From IMG/VR virus record IMGVR_UViG_3300025325_000002: a stretch of DNA of 55,315 nucleotides; one strand, written 5' to 3'. Position 1 is the stretch's first letter, and the number at the start of each line of letters is the position of its first letter. The position numbers and the translations under genes were made by a program. Of the stretch, positions 1-6,893 are shown in pieces. Source of the stretch: a virus. The notes below the pieces were generated by a model, which saw only the letters and a program-made list of their open reading frames with translations, was not told the DNA's origin and ran no database searches.

Positions 1-127
1 AGGCTCCGCTCTTTGTCTTGTCGCCCGGCCAACGTCCGAAATGTCTCAGCGGTCCGCTCGGCGTCTCGCAGCCTCGCGCGAAGATGGGCAATACGCTCAG
101 CATCGTCGGCGTACTCGTAGTCACTCA
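1..127. repeat. Terminal direct repeat copy 1 (identical to 55189-55315); the contig closes into a circle
   Basis: Bases 1-127 recur exactly at 55189-55315. A minus-strand reading frame continues through the junction. Confidence 0.95.
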
Positions 128-453
128 TCGCGCGTCTGCCCCGCGAGATCCTTAAGAACGCGCTGCTGGAGAGCGCCGTGGACTGATGACGGATCCACCG
201 TGCCGTGCTCGGCCTTGCTCCACTCGCTCGGTAGGACGTGGAGCCAATTCGCCGCCTCGCGTACTGACCAGTCGCGTTTCTCTCGGAACTCTCGAAGATA
301 CTTCCCCTCTTCTATCCAGATCGCCTGAACGCTCTCCACCTCGCCCGTGCCGTGACAGCGGTAACATGGAATCTCCATCCAGTGGCAGGGGCCGTGAATT
401 GGCTTGCCGAGACCGCGCAGCACCTTAGTGCCACCGCACGTCGGACAGGTCAT
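121..453 (-). CDS. Zinc-finger (2x CxxCxGxG, DnaJ-type) plus XRE-like HTH protein, 110 aa
   Basis: Track ORF 121..495. ATG at 453 overlaps the upstream stop (ATGA). Motifs CPTCGGTK and CYRCHGTG. C-terminal LREFREKRDWSVREAANWL looks like an HTH. Confidence 0.75.
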   Translation of the reverse strand: MTCPTCGGTKVLRGLGKPIHGPCHWMEIPCYRCHGTGEVESVQAIWIEEGKYLREFREKRDWSVREAANWLHVLPSEWSKAEHGTVDPSSVHGALQQRVLKDLAGQTRDE

Positions 454-599
454 CCGCCCACCACCCACGCCAGCGCCCCATACGCCGCGACGCACGCCAG
501 CGCCAGGAGCGCGGCCAGCAGGGAGTTCCGGAGCGCGACGCGGGGTGACTGAGGGTCCCGCGCCGCGCCCCGCCCGCCGCGGAATTGCGGCGAGGTCAT
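450..599 (-). CDS. Small membrane peptide, 49 aa
   Basis: C-terminal part of track ORF 450..1184: MTSPQFRGG...[29 protein letters not shown] overlaps at both ends. Codons end mostly in G/C. Confidence 0.5.
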   Translation of the reverse strand: MTSPQFRGGRGAARDPQSPRVALRNSLLAALLALACVAAYGALAWVVGG

Positions 600-1252
600 G
601 ACGACTCCGGCTCCCATCCCTGCAACCGCGCGATCACCCGCCACGCCTCCGTGGCGAGGTAGTAGAGCCCGCGGCGGTCCGCGCGATCCGCGTAGTGCGC
701 TGTCGCCTCGTCGAGCGTGAACATATGGCATCCCGCCTGGATGCGGTAGCCCTGATCGGTGCGCCAGAGCGTTGTCGCCCACCCGTCGATGTGGCCGAGG
801 AATGCGACAGCGAGTACCCTGGTGCCACGGAGGTTGGCGCTCCAGAGATCGGTGTCTCGAAGATTGGCGCCCCAAAGGTTGGCACCCAAGAGGTTGGCGC
901 CCCCGAGGTCGGCGCCCCGGAGGTCGGCGCCCCCGAGGTCGGCGCCCCCGAGGTCGGCGCCCCGGAGGGTGGCGCCCCGGAGGTTGGCGCCCCCGAGGTC
1001 GGCGCCCCGGAGGGTGGCGCCCCGGAGGTCGGCGCCCCGGAGGGTGGCGCCCCGGAGGTCGGCGTCCCCGAGGTCGGCGCCCCCGAGGTCGGCGCCCCGG
1101 AGGTCGGCGCCCCGGAGGTCGGCGCCCCCGAGGTCGGCGTCCCGGAGGTTGGCGTCTTGCTTGACAGCGATCTCGACGGCGCAACGCCAGGATTCTGCTT
1201 CAACGCCGAACAGCACGGCGCCGGAAACGCGGTGCGTGATCTCGATCTTCAT
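596..1252 (-). CDS. Pentapeptide-repeat protein, 218 aa
   Basis: Track ORF. 22 consecutive A(D/N/T)LxG pentapeptides lie between a ~40-aa N-terminal and a ~70-aa C-terminal non-repeat part. AAGGAG RBS upstream of ATG 1252. Confidence 0.9.
   Translation of the reverse strand: MKIEITHRVSGAVLFGVEAESWRCAVEIAVKQDANLRDADLGGADLRGADLRGADLGGADLGDADLRGATLRGADLRGATLRGADLGGANLRGATLRGADLGGADLGGADLRGADLGGANLLGANLWGANLRDTDLWSANLRGTRVLAVAFLGHIDGWATTLWRTDQGYRIQAGCHMFTLDEATAHYADRADRRGLYYLATEAWRVIARLQGWEPESS
829..1156. repeat. 15-bp tandem repeat array (about 22 units, + strand consensus ggaggtcggcgcccc) underlying the pentapeptide repeats
   Basis: Read directly: near-identical 15-mers in head-to-tail phase, differing mostly at 1-2 positions (gtc/gtt/ggt, ccc/ccg). 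Confidence 0.9.
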
Positions 1253-1285
1253 CGGTCCATCTCCTTCACCACGCTCGAGTGCTCA

Positions 1286-1558
1286 TCAGACCACGCCAAG
1301 TTCCCGCCGCAGCCGCGCCTGCTCGACGGCGTCGTCGTCGGCCCGCGCCGCCGGGAGCAGTCGCGCGGGCCATGGGGGCCAGGGCGCCCGACGTCGGCCT
1401 GACTCGTCCACGCATCCCAGCGCCCGGTCAAGCCGCTGCTGCCACGCCGTGCGAAGTTTTTGGCCACGGAACGCCTGGGGCGGGCACAGGCGCTTCCAGC
1501 CGGCCAGCCAGTCGGTGAACAGGCCCTCGGGGTTCTCGGGGCGTGCCACGAGCCTCAT
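1286..1558 (-). CDS. Hypothetical protein, 90 aa
   Basis: Inner part of track ORF 1286..1630. ATG at 1558 lies 2 nt after the upstream TAG. High GC3. MRLVARPENPEGLFTDWLAGWKRL... Confidence 0.6.
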   Translation of the reverse strand: MRLVARPENPEGLFTDWLAGWKRLCPPQAFRGQKLRTAWQQRLDRALGCVDESGRRRAPWPPWPARLLPAARADDDAVEQARLRRELGVV

Positions 1559-1560
1559 GC

Positions 1561-2265
1561 CTAGCCCCACTTCCCGTAGCCCGGCTGGGGCTCGCGGTCG
1601 CGCGCCAGGGCGATGAGCTTGTTGAAGCACCCGTGAAACGCGGCGAGCGAGTGGCCAGATCCGACGATGAACTTGTCATCGCTCCGGAAGAACTGTGCCA
1701 GCCTGTCCCGGACCTTCTCCTCGCCGAATTGCTTGACGAGCTTGGCCAGCAGCACGGGCTCCTTCGGCCGACTGATGAGCGGGGGCTCCTGGTACTTCGC
1801 CTCGAACTGCTGCTGGTAGGCCTCAATGAGGGCCCCGACGCCGTTGGCGCTCTGACCAACGGCCCTAGTCTTTCTAAGACTAGGAGTAGTACGGTTAACT
1901 ACGGTTAGTTGGCCACCCGTGTCACCCTTTATGGACTCGTTGTCACCCTTTCCAGCGGCAATGGGTGACACGCTGACAGGGTTTTTTCTTACCACCGTCG
2001 GTACTGTCGGCACGCCGACGATGGTGTACCGGCTCGACCGACCGCGCCCGCCGTGTCGTTCGACGACGAGTGCGCCTAGGGTCTCGAGATCCCTGAGTGC
2101 GCGCTGGACGGTTCTCACGGACATCGACGTCTTGCCCGCGAGGGTCTCAAGCGAGGGATAGCACGACCCGGCGTGGTCGGCGTTATCTGCCAGCGCCACA
2201 AGCACGAATTTCTCTCGTGGTGGCAGGTGCACCTGGAAGGCGTGGCCAATCGCGTAGACGCTCAT
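1561..2265 (-). CDS. Winged-helix/HTH replication-organizer-like protein, 234 aa
   Basis: C-terminal 234 aa of composite track ORF 1561..3270, from MSVYAIGHAF. N-terminal FVLVALADNADHAGSCYPSLETLAGKTSMSVRTVQRALRDLETLGALV is HTH-like. A low-complexity linker precedes a C-terminal helical domain. ATGA overlap with the upstream gene. Confidence 0.75.
   Translation of the reverse strand: MSVYAIGHAFQVHLPPREKFVLVALADNADHAGSCYPSLETLAGKTSMSVRTVQRALRDLETLGALVVERHGGRGRSSRYTIVGVPTVPTVVRKNPVSVSPIAAGKGDNESIKGDTGGQLTVVNRTTPSLRKTRAVGQSANGVGALIEAYQQQFEAKYQEPPLISRPKEPVLLAKLVKQFGEEKVRDRLAQFFRSDDKFIVGSGHSLAAFHGCFNKLIALARDREPQPGYGKWG
1865..1990. promoter_or_regulatory. Candidate replication origin embedded in the HTH gene (palindrome, 10-bp tandem repeat, three GTCACCC boxes at 21-bp phasing, T-tract)
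   Basis: ctagtctt-tct-aagactag hairpin at 1865-1883. tacggtta repeated at 1890 and 1900. gtcacccttt at 1921 and 1942, inverted gggtgac at 1963. gttttttctt at 1981. GC drops locally. Confidence 0.4.
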
Positions 2266-2582
2266 GGGAATCCTCGATGGCCTGGCGGATCGTGGAGGGT
2301 GTAGACATTCGTGCCGCCGGGGCGCCGCCCCGACCGGATCTGGAGCACCCCAACCGCCTCGCGCCTCATGAAGGCCCTGTGGACTAAGCTGACCGAGCAT
2401 CCCGCGTCGGAGGCGAGGCTCCCGATCGAGGGACTGTCCTCGCCAGCATCGACGTGATGGCAGAGCGCGACGTAGACCATCTTCGCGTACCACGGGAGCG
2501 GGAGAGCGAGAAAGCTGTGCGCGACGCGGAAATACCGAAATGTGCGGGCGTGTGAGGGCTTCAACGTGCGGATGCGCGGCAT
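2262..2582 (-). CDS. Second HTH (winged-helix-like) protein, 106 aa
   Basis: Track ORF 2262..2678. I prefer the internal ATG at 2582 (MPRIRTLKPSH...). WYAKMVYVALCHHVDAGEDSPSIGSLASDAGCSVSLVHRAFMRREAVGVLQI parallels the N-terminus of the downstream gene. Confidence 0.65.
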   Translation of the reverse strand: MPRIRTLKPSHARTFRYFRVAHSFLALPLPWYAKMVYVALCHHVDAGEDSPSIGSLASDAGCSVSLVHRAFMRREAVGVLQIRSGRRPGGTNVYTLHDPPGHRGFP

Positions 2583-2740
2583 TGCTCCCCCAAGTTCTAG
2601 CGGCTCGGCGTCGCCCGCAACCTGGGGGGAATCGGACGCCACCGAGCCGCTCTGCACTGCGCGCTCTACCGCACACATTATCCGGCGGCCTCCCGCTGCA
2701 GGTCAAGGACAATTTGTCGGGCGCCGTAGCAGCCGACTCA

Positions 2741-2806
2741 GTGCGGATCGTTGGCGTGAGCGATGGCGGCGGCGTTGGCGGAGGCGGCGGGGGCGGCGGT
2801 GGCAAC
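2741..2806 (-). repeat. Startless remnant copy of the (Ala-X)n repeat sequence
   Basis: The minus strand reads ...VATAAPAASANAAAIAHANDPH* with no start codon. It shares the 19-mer gccatcgctcacgccaacg with the repeat gene at 3416-3649. Confidence 0.6.
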
Positions 2807-2807
2807 C

Positions 2808-3419
2808 TCACGCGGGCGTCCACTCGGTGACCTCGAACCGGCCCCAGCCCATCTTTCGGGCGGCGCCGACGCCCACCTCGTGCCCGCCCCACGCGATGAA
2901 GTCGCGCGCCTTCTTCTCGACGTCGTCGTTGGTGATCCGCAGCGTCCCGCGCGCGGTGAACTGCTCGATGTACGCGGACGACTGGAGCCGCCGCTGGTTC
3001 GTCAGCGGGTGGCGGATGAAGCGTTCCCACACGCCGTCCGGCGTGGTCTTGCCGGTCGCGAGGTCCCCCCACTCGACGAGCGTCCGGATCTGCTCCGGGC
3101 GCGCGAGACGCACGCTGGCCGGCGCGACGGCCGCGACCCCCGCCATGAAGCCGTGCAGGTGGTGGGCCGGCACCACGATCTCGCCGCTCGGCGCGGTGTA
3201 GAACGGCAGGGACGCCTCCGCTTCGAGGGCGCGGTAGTCGGCCAGGGTCATCTCGTGGCTCTCCAGCCACGCTTTGAGCGTCTTGGCGCGCTTGTCTTCG
3301 CTCCGCGCGCGATCGACGCCGGACTGCTTGCGGATTGTGATCACCCGCTCCATGGCGGGCCAGTACGGATTGCCGATGTAGCCCTTGGCGAAGTGCAGGC
3401 CGACGGACAGTGCGATCAT
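2808..3419 (-). CDS. Hypothetical protein, 203 aa, with a C-terminal GhGxxxxxGhG glycine-rich loop
   Basis: Inner part of track ORF 2808..3632. ATG at 3419 overlaps the upstream stop (ATGA), with AGGAG 7 nt upstream. C-terminus ...WGGHEVGVGAARKMGWGRFEVTEWTPA. Confidence 0.8.
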   Translation of the reverse strand: MIALSVGLHFAKGYIGNPYWPAMERVITIRKQSGVDRARSEDKRAKTLKAWLESHEMTLADYRALEAEASLPFYTAPSGEIVVPAHHLHGFMAGVAAVAPASVRLARPEQIRTLVEWGDLATGKTTPDGVWERFIRHPLTNQRRLQSSAYIEQFTARGTLRITNDDVEKKARDFIAWGGHEVGVGAARKMGWGRFEVTEWTPA

Positions 3420-3649
3420 CGCGGTCTCCTGTTCATTGGCGTGACGTTGACGGTGACGTGGGCGTAGACGACGGCGATGGCGCCGGCGATGGCGGGGGCG
3501 ATGGCGTTGGCGGAGGCGGCGGCGTTGGCGTGAGCGATGGCGGAGGCGATGGCGGCGGCGGAGGCGGCGGCGTTGGCGCCGGCGATGGCGGGGGCGATGG
3601 CGATGGCGTTGGCGAAGTCTGCCGGGAAACATCCGCTTGACAGATTCAT
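3416..3649 (-). CDS. (Ala-X)n repeat peptide, 77 aa
   Basis: C-terminal part of track ORF 3416..4042: MNLSSGCFPADF-ANAIAIAPAIAGANAAASAAAIASAIAHANAAASANAIAPAIAGAIA-VVYAHVTVNVTPMNRRPR. Every repeat codon ends in C. ATG lies 2 nt after the upstream TAG. Its TGA overlaps the downstream ATG. Confidence 0.6.
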   Translation of the reverse strand: MNLSSGCFPADFANAIAIAPAIAGANAAASAAAIASAIAHANAAASANAIAPAIAGAIAVVYAHVTVNVTPMNRRPR

Positions 3650-3651
3650 CT

Positions 3652-4284
3652 CTACACTGCTCCTTCCTGATCCGGCGCCGTCATGACCGGCGTGTCCCGG
3701 AGGAACTTCATGCAGAGCAGCTCCAGGCACCGGAAGGCGTGCTCCCGGTGACCGGCATCGCCCACCGTTGCTTCCGGGTCGTTCAGCACGTAGGGCAGGG
3801 CCCGCTGGAGAGCCTCCTCCACCAGCCCGTCGACCTCGAGCGGCAGGCGGAAGGTCCGCGTCGTCCAGACCTGGCGGCTCAGGTGGCGGTCGACCTCCTG
3901 CTCGAACGCCTCCGTCGTCGGGGCGTTGACCATCCGGGCGAACCACTCGACGGGGTCGGCGCCGACCTCGCGCAGCTCGCCCAGCAGGAGCGCCCGGCGC
4001 TTGGACACCATCGTCCAGCGGTCCTCCTCCACGCCGACCCACTGCATCGTCCGCCAGAGCTTCAGGAACAGCCGGAACTCCCCGCGGGCCAGGTCCAGCC
4101 GGTCTCGGGCGTAGGCCTCGGGGCTCCCGTAGCCGCCGAAGGGGTCGGTCCCGTACAGCGCCTCGTCCGTCACCCGGCCGAGATAGGCCGCCTGGGCCGA
4201 CCAGTGCGGGCGTTCCGGGGCCGTGAAGAGGGGCTTCTCCAGATCAAGCAGGGCGTCCAGGGGAGCGGTCGTGGGGGAGATCAT
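3652..4284 (-). CDS. Hypothetical protein, 210 aa
   Basis: Track ORF with protein-like composition and high GC3. GGAGG upstream of ATG 4284. Confidence 0.8.
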   Translation of the reverse strand: MISPTTAPLDALLDLEKPLFTAPERPHWSAQAAYLGRVTDEALYGTDPFGGYGSPEAYARDRLDLARGEFRLFLKLWRTMQWVGVEEDRWTMVSKRRALLLGELREVGADPVEWFARMVNAPTTEAFEQEVDRHLSRQVWTTRTFRLPLEVDGLVEEALQRALPYVLNDPEATVGDAGHREHAFRCLELLCMKFLRDTPVMTAPDQEGAV

Positions 4285-4378
4285 GGCGCCTCCTGCCGCT
4301 GGAAGCGTCTCCCGCGTCCCAGGGCCACTTTGTGTGCGTCGGACAACACGCGGCGTGTTCTGAGCCGGAGGACGCGGA

Positions 4379-4666
4379 TTACCCCCCCCCTAGTGCCCCG
4401 CTGTCGTGCATCCCAGAGGCGTCGAGAAGGAGCCGAAACTCGTGGTCGCCGATCTGGTGACGACGCAAGCCGGGAAGCTGTGCCAGTCTGGCGAGCATCC
4501 GGATCTTCGCGCTGTAGACCGCGACCGTGTGCTCGTCGTGCCACTCCAGTTGGCCGTGACGCCCCGGGACGATCGGCCATCCCTCCGGGTCGGCGAGGAC
4601 GCGGAGCCTGAGCGACCCCAGGAGACTGCGGAATCTCGCGAACGCCGCACCCTGGTCGTCCGTCAT
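4379..4666 (-). CDS. Hypothetical protein, 95 aa (ends in a G9 homopolymer)
   Basis: Track ORF. C-terminal GGG GGG GGG TAA corresponds to the C9 run at 4382-4390. Confidence 0.7.
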   Translation of the reverse strand: MTDDQGAAFARFRSLLGSLRLRVLADPEGWPIVPGRHGQLEWHDEHTVAVYSAKIRMLARLAQLPGLRRHQIGDHEFRLLLDASGMHDSGALGGG

Positions 4667-4926
4667 CGCTCGCCTCCGACCACGACGACTTCGATCACCA
4701 CCCGCATCGGGGGCCGCTGGGCCCGGCCCACCCGGTCGGCCAGGTGACGCAGCGCGTCGACCGTCTCCCCGTCCCGGCCGATCACGACGCCGGCCACATG
4801 GCTGTTTGGCACACGGAGCTCGGCCACCACCACCCGCTCCGTCGCGGTCAGCCGCACGGTGCCCGTCTCATCCTCGCGAAGCAGCGCCGCGAGGGCCGCC
4901 TCGAGCAGCCGCGTCAGGGCGTCCAC
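4663..4926 (-). CDS. KH-domain (KhpA-like) RNA-binding protein, 87 aa
   Basis: Track ORF. VAGVVIGRDGETVDALRHL matches the KH GxxG loop context. ATGA overlap with the downstream gene. Confidence 0.7.
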   Translation of the reverse strand: MDALTRLLEAALAALLREDETGTVRLTATERVVVAELRVPNSHVAGVVIGRDGETVDALRHLADRVGRAQRPPMRVVIEVVVVGGER

Positions 4927-5189
4927 AGGACCTCCCGGACGCGACGGCGGAGCCAGGCCTTCTCGTCCTCGACGGCGGGGCGCGACGCCGCCAGCGTGCG
5001 CTGCTGTGGCTGGACCAGATCGTCCCAGGTGATGTTCGCGCTGCTCGACGACCCCTGATACTGCTGGAGCATCTGCTGGTAGCTCGCCTGCTGGAATGCC
5101 TGGTTGCCGAGCGACCTAGGAGGCACCAGAGCGCCGAGCATCCCAGCGAGTGGACTGAGCGAATAGCTCGCCGTGTCGTTGTCGCTCAT
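4914..5189 (-). CDS. Hypothetical protein, 91 aa (Gln/Ser-rich centre)
   Basis: Track ORF. ATGA overlap with the upstream gene. Confidence 0.65.
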   Translation of the reverse strand: MSDNDTASYSLSPLAGMLGALVPPRSLGNQAFQQASYQQMLQQYQGSSSSANITWDDLVQPQQRTLAASRPAVEDEKAWLRRRVREVLWTP

Positions 5190-5608
5190 CGCCGCATCTT
5201 CCCTTCGAGGGCCACGTTCACGTTCGGCAGCCGCGCGAGGATGTCCGCCATCATCCCCTTCAAATAGCCCACCTCCTCCTCGAACCGCGACCGCTGGAAG
5301 GCCATCTCGTCGGCGAACCGCTTGCGGTCGGCCGCCAGATTCTCCTCCTGGACCGCAAGCACGGCGCCCTTCTTGGCCTGCTCGACCTCGACCTCCTGGC
5401 GCTTCTTCTCCAGGCCGATCATGTGGCGCAGTTCGCGGTCCTCCCGCGCGTGCTCCTCGGTCAGACGCGACTTCGCGATCTTCAGGTCTTCGATCTCCTC
5501 CCGGAGCTTCAGGATCTCCGAGGGGAACGCGCGGTCCCGCTTCATCTCGCGGAGCACGTGTAACCCCTCGATCACTTCTTTCTCGTCGCGGTTCAGCCAG
5601 AGCAACAT
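5186..5608 (-). CDS. Coiled-coil protein, 140 aa
   Basis: Track ORF 5186..5626. ATG at 5608 overlaps the upstream TAA (TAATG) and is preceded by GGAGGA. Heptad-like, charged, Glu/Lys/Arg-rich sequence. Confidence 0.75.
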   Translation of the reverse strand: MLLWLNRDEKEVIEGLHVLREMKRDRAFPSEILKLREEIEDLKIAKSRLTEEHAREDRELRHMIGLEKKRQEVEVEQAKKGAVLAVQEENLAADRKRFADEMAFQRSRFEEEVGYLKGMMADILARLPNVNVALEGKMRR

Positions 5609-6108
5609 TACGTGATCCTCCCCCACTCTTCGACCAGGAACTGCTCGATCCCCTTGCCGGGCGCGTAGTCCGGCATCAGGCGCTCGAAGGCCGCCCGCGC
5701 CTCGGCGAAGGACCTATCCGCCCAGTCCTTTCGGCCCCGCTTCGCCAGCCACGCCAGCACGAGAGAGGGGGCGCGCGAAAGACCATTGTTGCAGTGAACC
5801 AATACTGGCCCGGTGAACGCCCAGACATCCAAGAAGTCCAGCGCTGCCGTGAAGACCTCGTGCCGGAAGATCGGCACGGGGGCGTCCACAATGTTGAGGT
5901 ACAGCTGCCGCCCTTCGTCCCGGACAGCCACGAGGTACTCTGGATGGTCCTTCGGCAGTGAGCCCGTGTAGCCTACGGCACCGACGTGACATGGATGCTT
6001 GGCTGCGTGCAGGAGGCCCGACCACCGGCTGTCGCTCGGGAACTCGCCCTTCATCGGACAGAGAGCATCGTCACCGACCCAGATGTAGAACGCCGGATTC
6101 GTCAGCAT
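5608..6108 (-). CDS. Cysteine phosphatase (dual-specificity / PTP-like, CX5R), 166 aa
   Basis: Track ORF 5608..6117. VLVHCNNGLSRAPS is an HCxxGxxR(S/T) P-loop. ATG at 6108 has better RBS spacing than GTG at 6117. Confidence 0.75.
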   Translation of the reverse strand: MLTNPAFYIWVGDDALCPMKGEFPSDSRWSGLLHAAKHPCHVGAVGYTGSLPKDHPEYLVAVRDEGRQLYLNIVDAPVPIFRHEVFTAALDFLDVWAFTGPVLVHCNNGLSRAPSLVLAWLAKRGRKDWADRSFAEARAAFERLMPDYAPGKGIEQFLVEEWGRIT

Positions 6109-6121
6109 GATGTCCACCCCC

Positions 6122-6886
6122 TCAGTGCGTCGTCGTGATGCGCTCCTCGAAGAACCTGATCCCGTCCACCCGGACGCCGCCTCGGGTCGACCGCGCGAGC
6201 CCGTTGGCCGCCACGTCGTTCCACATCAGACACGCCAGCGCCGTCTGGTTGCCCGCCGCGGCGGCGCGCACCACGAGCTTGAGGTCCACGCACTGCGCCT
6301 TCCACTGGCTCCGAAAGCTCCGCCCCTGGATCTCCGGCGGAGCGAACACGGGGGCCGGCGGCATGAACACCGGAGCCGCCTCGACGGTCGGCACCTCCAC
6401 GGGGGCCTCGATCAGCTTCGTCGCCGTCTCGATGTCGCCCGCCGCCTCCGCCGCCGCCGCTTCCTCCAGCCGCCGGTCCTCGGCCTCCTTCCGCAGCCGC
6501 GCCTGCTCGCGCTCGGCCTGGACGCGCGCCTCGGCCTCGAGCCGCTGGCGCTCCCGCTCGGCCGCCGCCGCCGCCTCCTGCGCGAGCCGGGCCTGCTCCT
6601 GCTCGTAGGTCGTGATGCCCGCCCGGGCCAGCCGCCGCACCTCGCCGGGGATCTCCAGGAGCTTCGCCCGCCGGGACGTCGCCTCCTTGTGGGCCCGGTT
6701 CGCCGCGTCGCAGATCGGGTCCATGAACTCCTTGATGCGCCGCTCGCCGTCCTTGCCCAGCCGGTCCAACTCGTCCGCCTGCCGGAAGGTCGTGTCGTCC
6801 ACCACCACCAGCGCCCGCGCCCGCTCCAGGAGTGTCAGGCCCTCGCGCTGCAACACCATCGCCACGTCCTGCGTCTCTGCCATCAC
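6122..6886 (-). CDS. Hypothetical protein with a central Ala/Glu/Arg coiled coil, 254 aa
   Basis: Track ORF with protein-like N- and C-terminal domains. Confidence 0.8.
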   Translation of the reverse strand: MMAETQDVAMVLQREGLTLLERARALVVVDDTTFRQADELDRLGKDGERRIKEFMDPICDAANRAHKEATSRRAKLLEIPGEVRRLARAGITTYEQEQARLAQEAAAAAERERQRLEAEARVQAEREQARLRKEAEDRRLEEAAAAEAAGDIETATKLIEAPVEVPTVEAAPVFMPPAPVFAPPEIQGRSFRSQWKAQCVDLKLVVRAAAAGNQTALACLMWNDVAANGLARSTRGGVRVDGIRFFEERITTTH

Positions 6887-6893
6887 GGCCTCC

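Noticed and set aside
1-127. Interpreting the 127-bp end repeat as a biological direct terminal repeat.
   Set aside because: An exact end overlap of this kind is also what assemblers leave on circular or circularly permuted molecules. The sequence alone cannot discriminate, so I claim only circular closure.
829-1156. Regularly spaced repeats as a possible CRISPR array (also 3440-3610).
   Set aside because: The units are 15 bp and 6 bp, contiguous with no spacers, and in frame with coding sequence (pentapeptide repeats and the Ala-X repeat). No cas genes are present.
1561-3270. The 569-aa minus-strand track ORF taken as one gene.
   Set aside because: It is composite. Only its last 234 aa (from ATG 2265) look like protein. 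The upstream part runs out of frame across two other real genes (2262..2582 and 2808..3419) and contains poly-Pro/Arg junk. The same reasoning trimmed many other 5'-extended track ORFs.
3410-3640. Plus-strand reading of the repeat as a Gly/Asp-rich (GDGxG, RTX-like) protein.
   Set aside because: In the plus frame every other codon ends in A/T, whereas in the minus frame every repeat codon ends in C. All other genes are on the minus strand, and the minus ORF is stop-start coupled to both neighbours.
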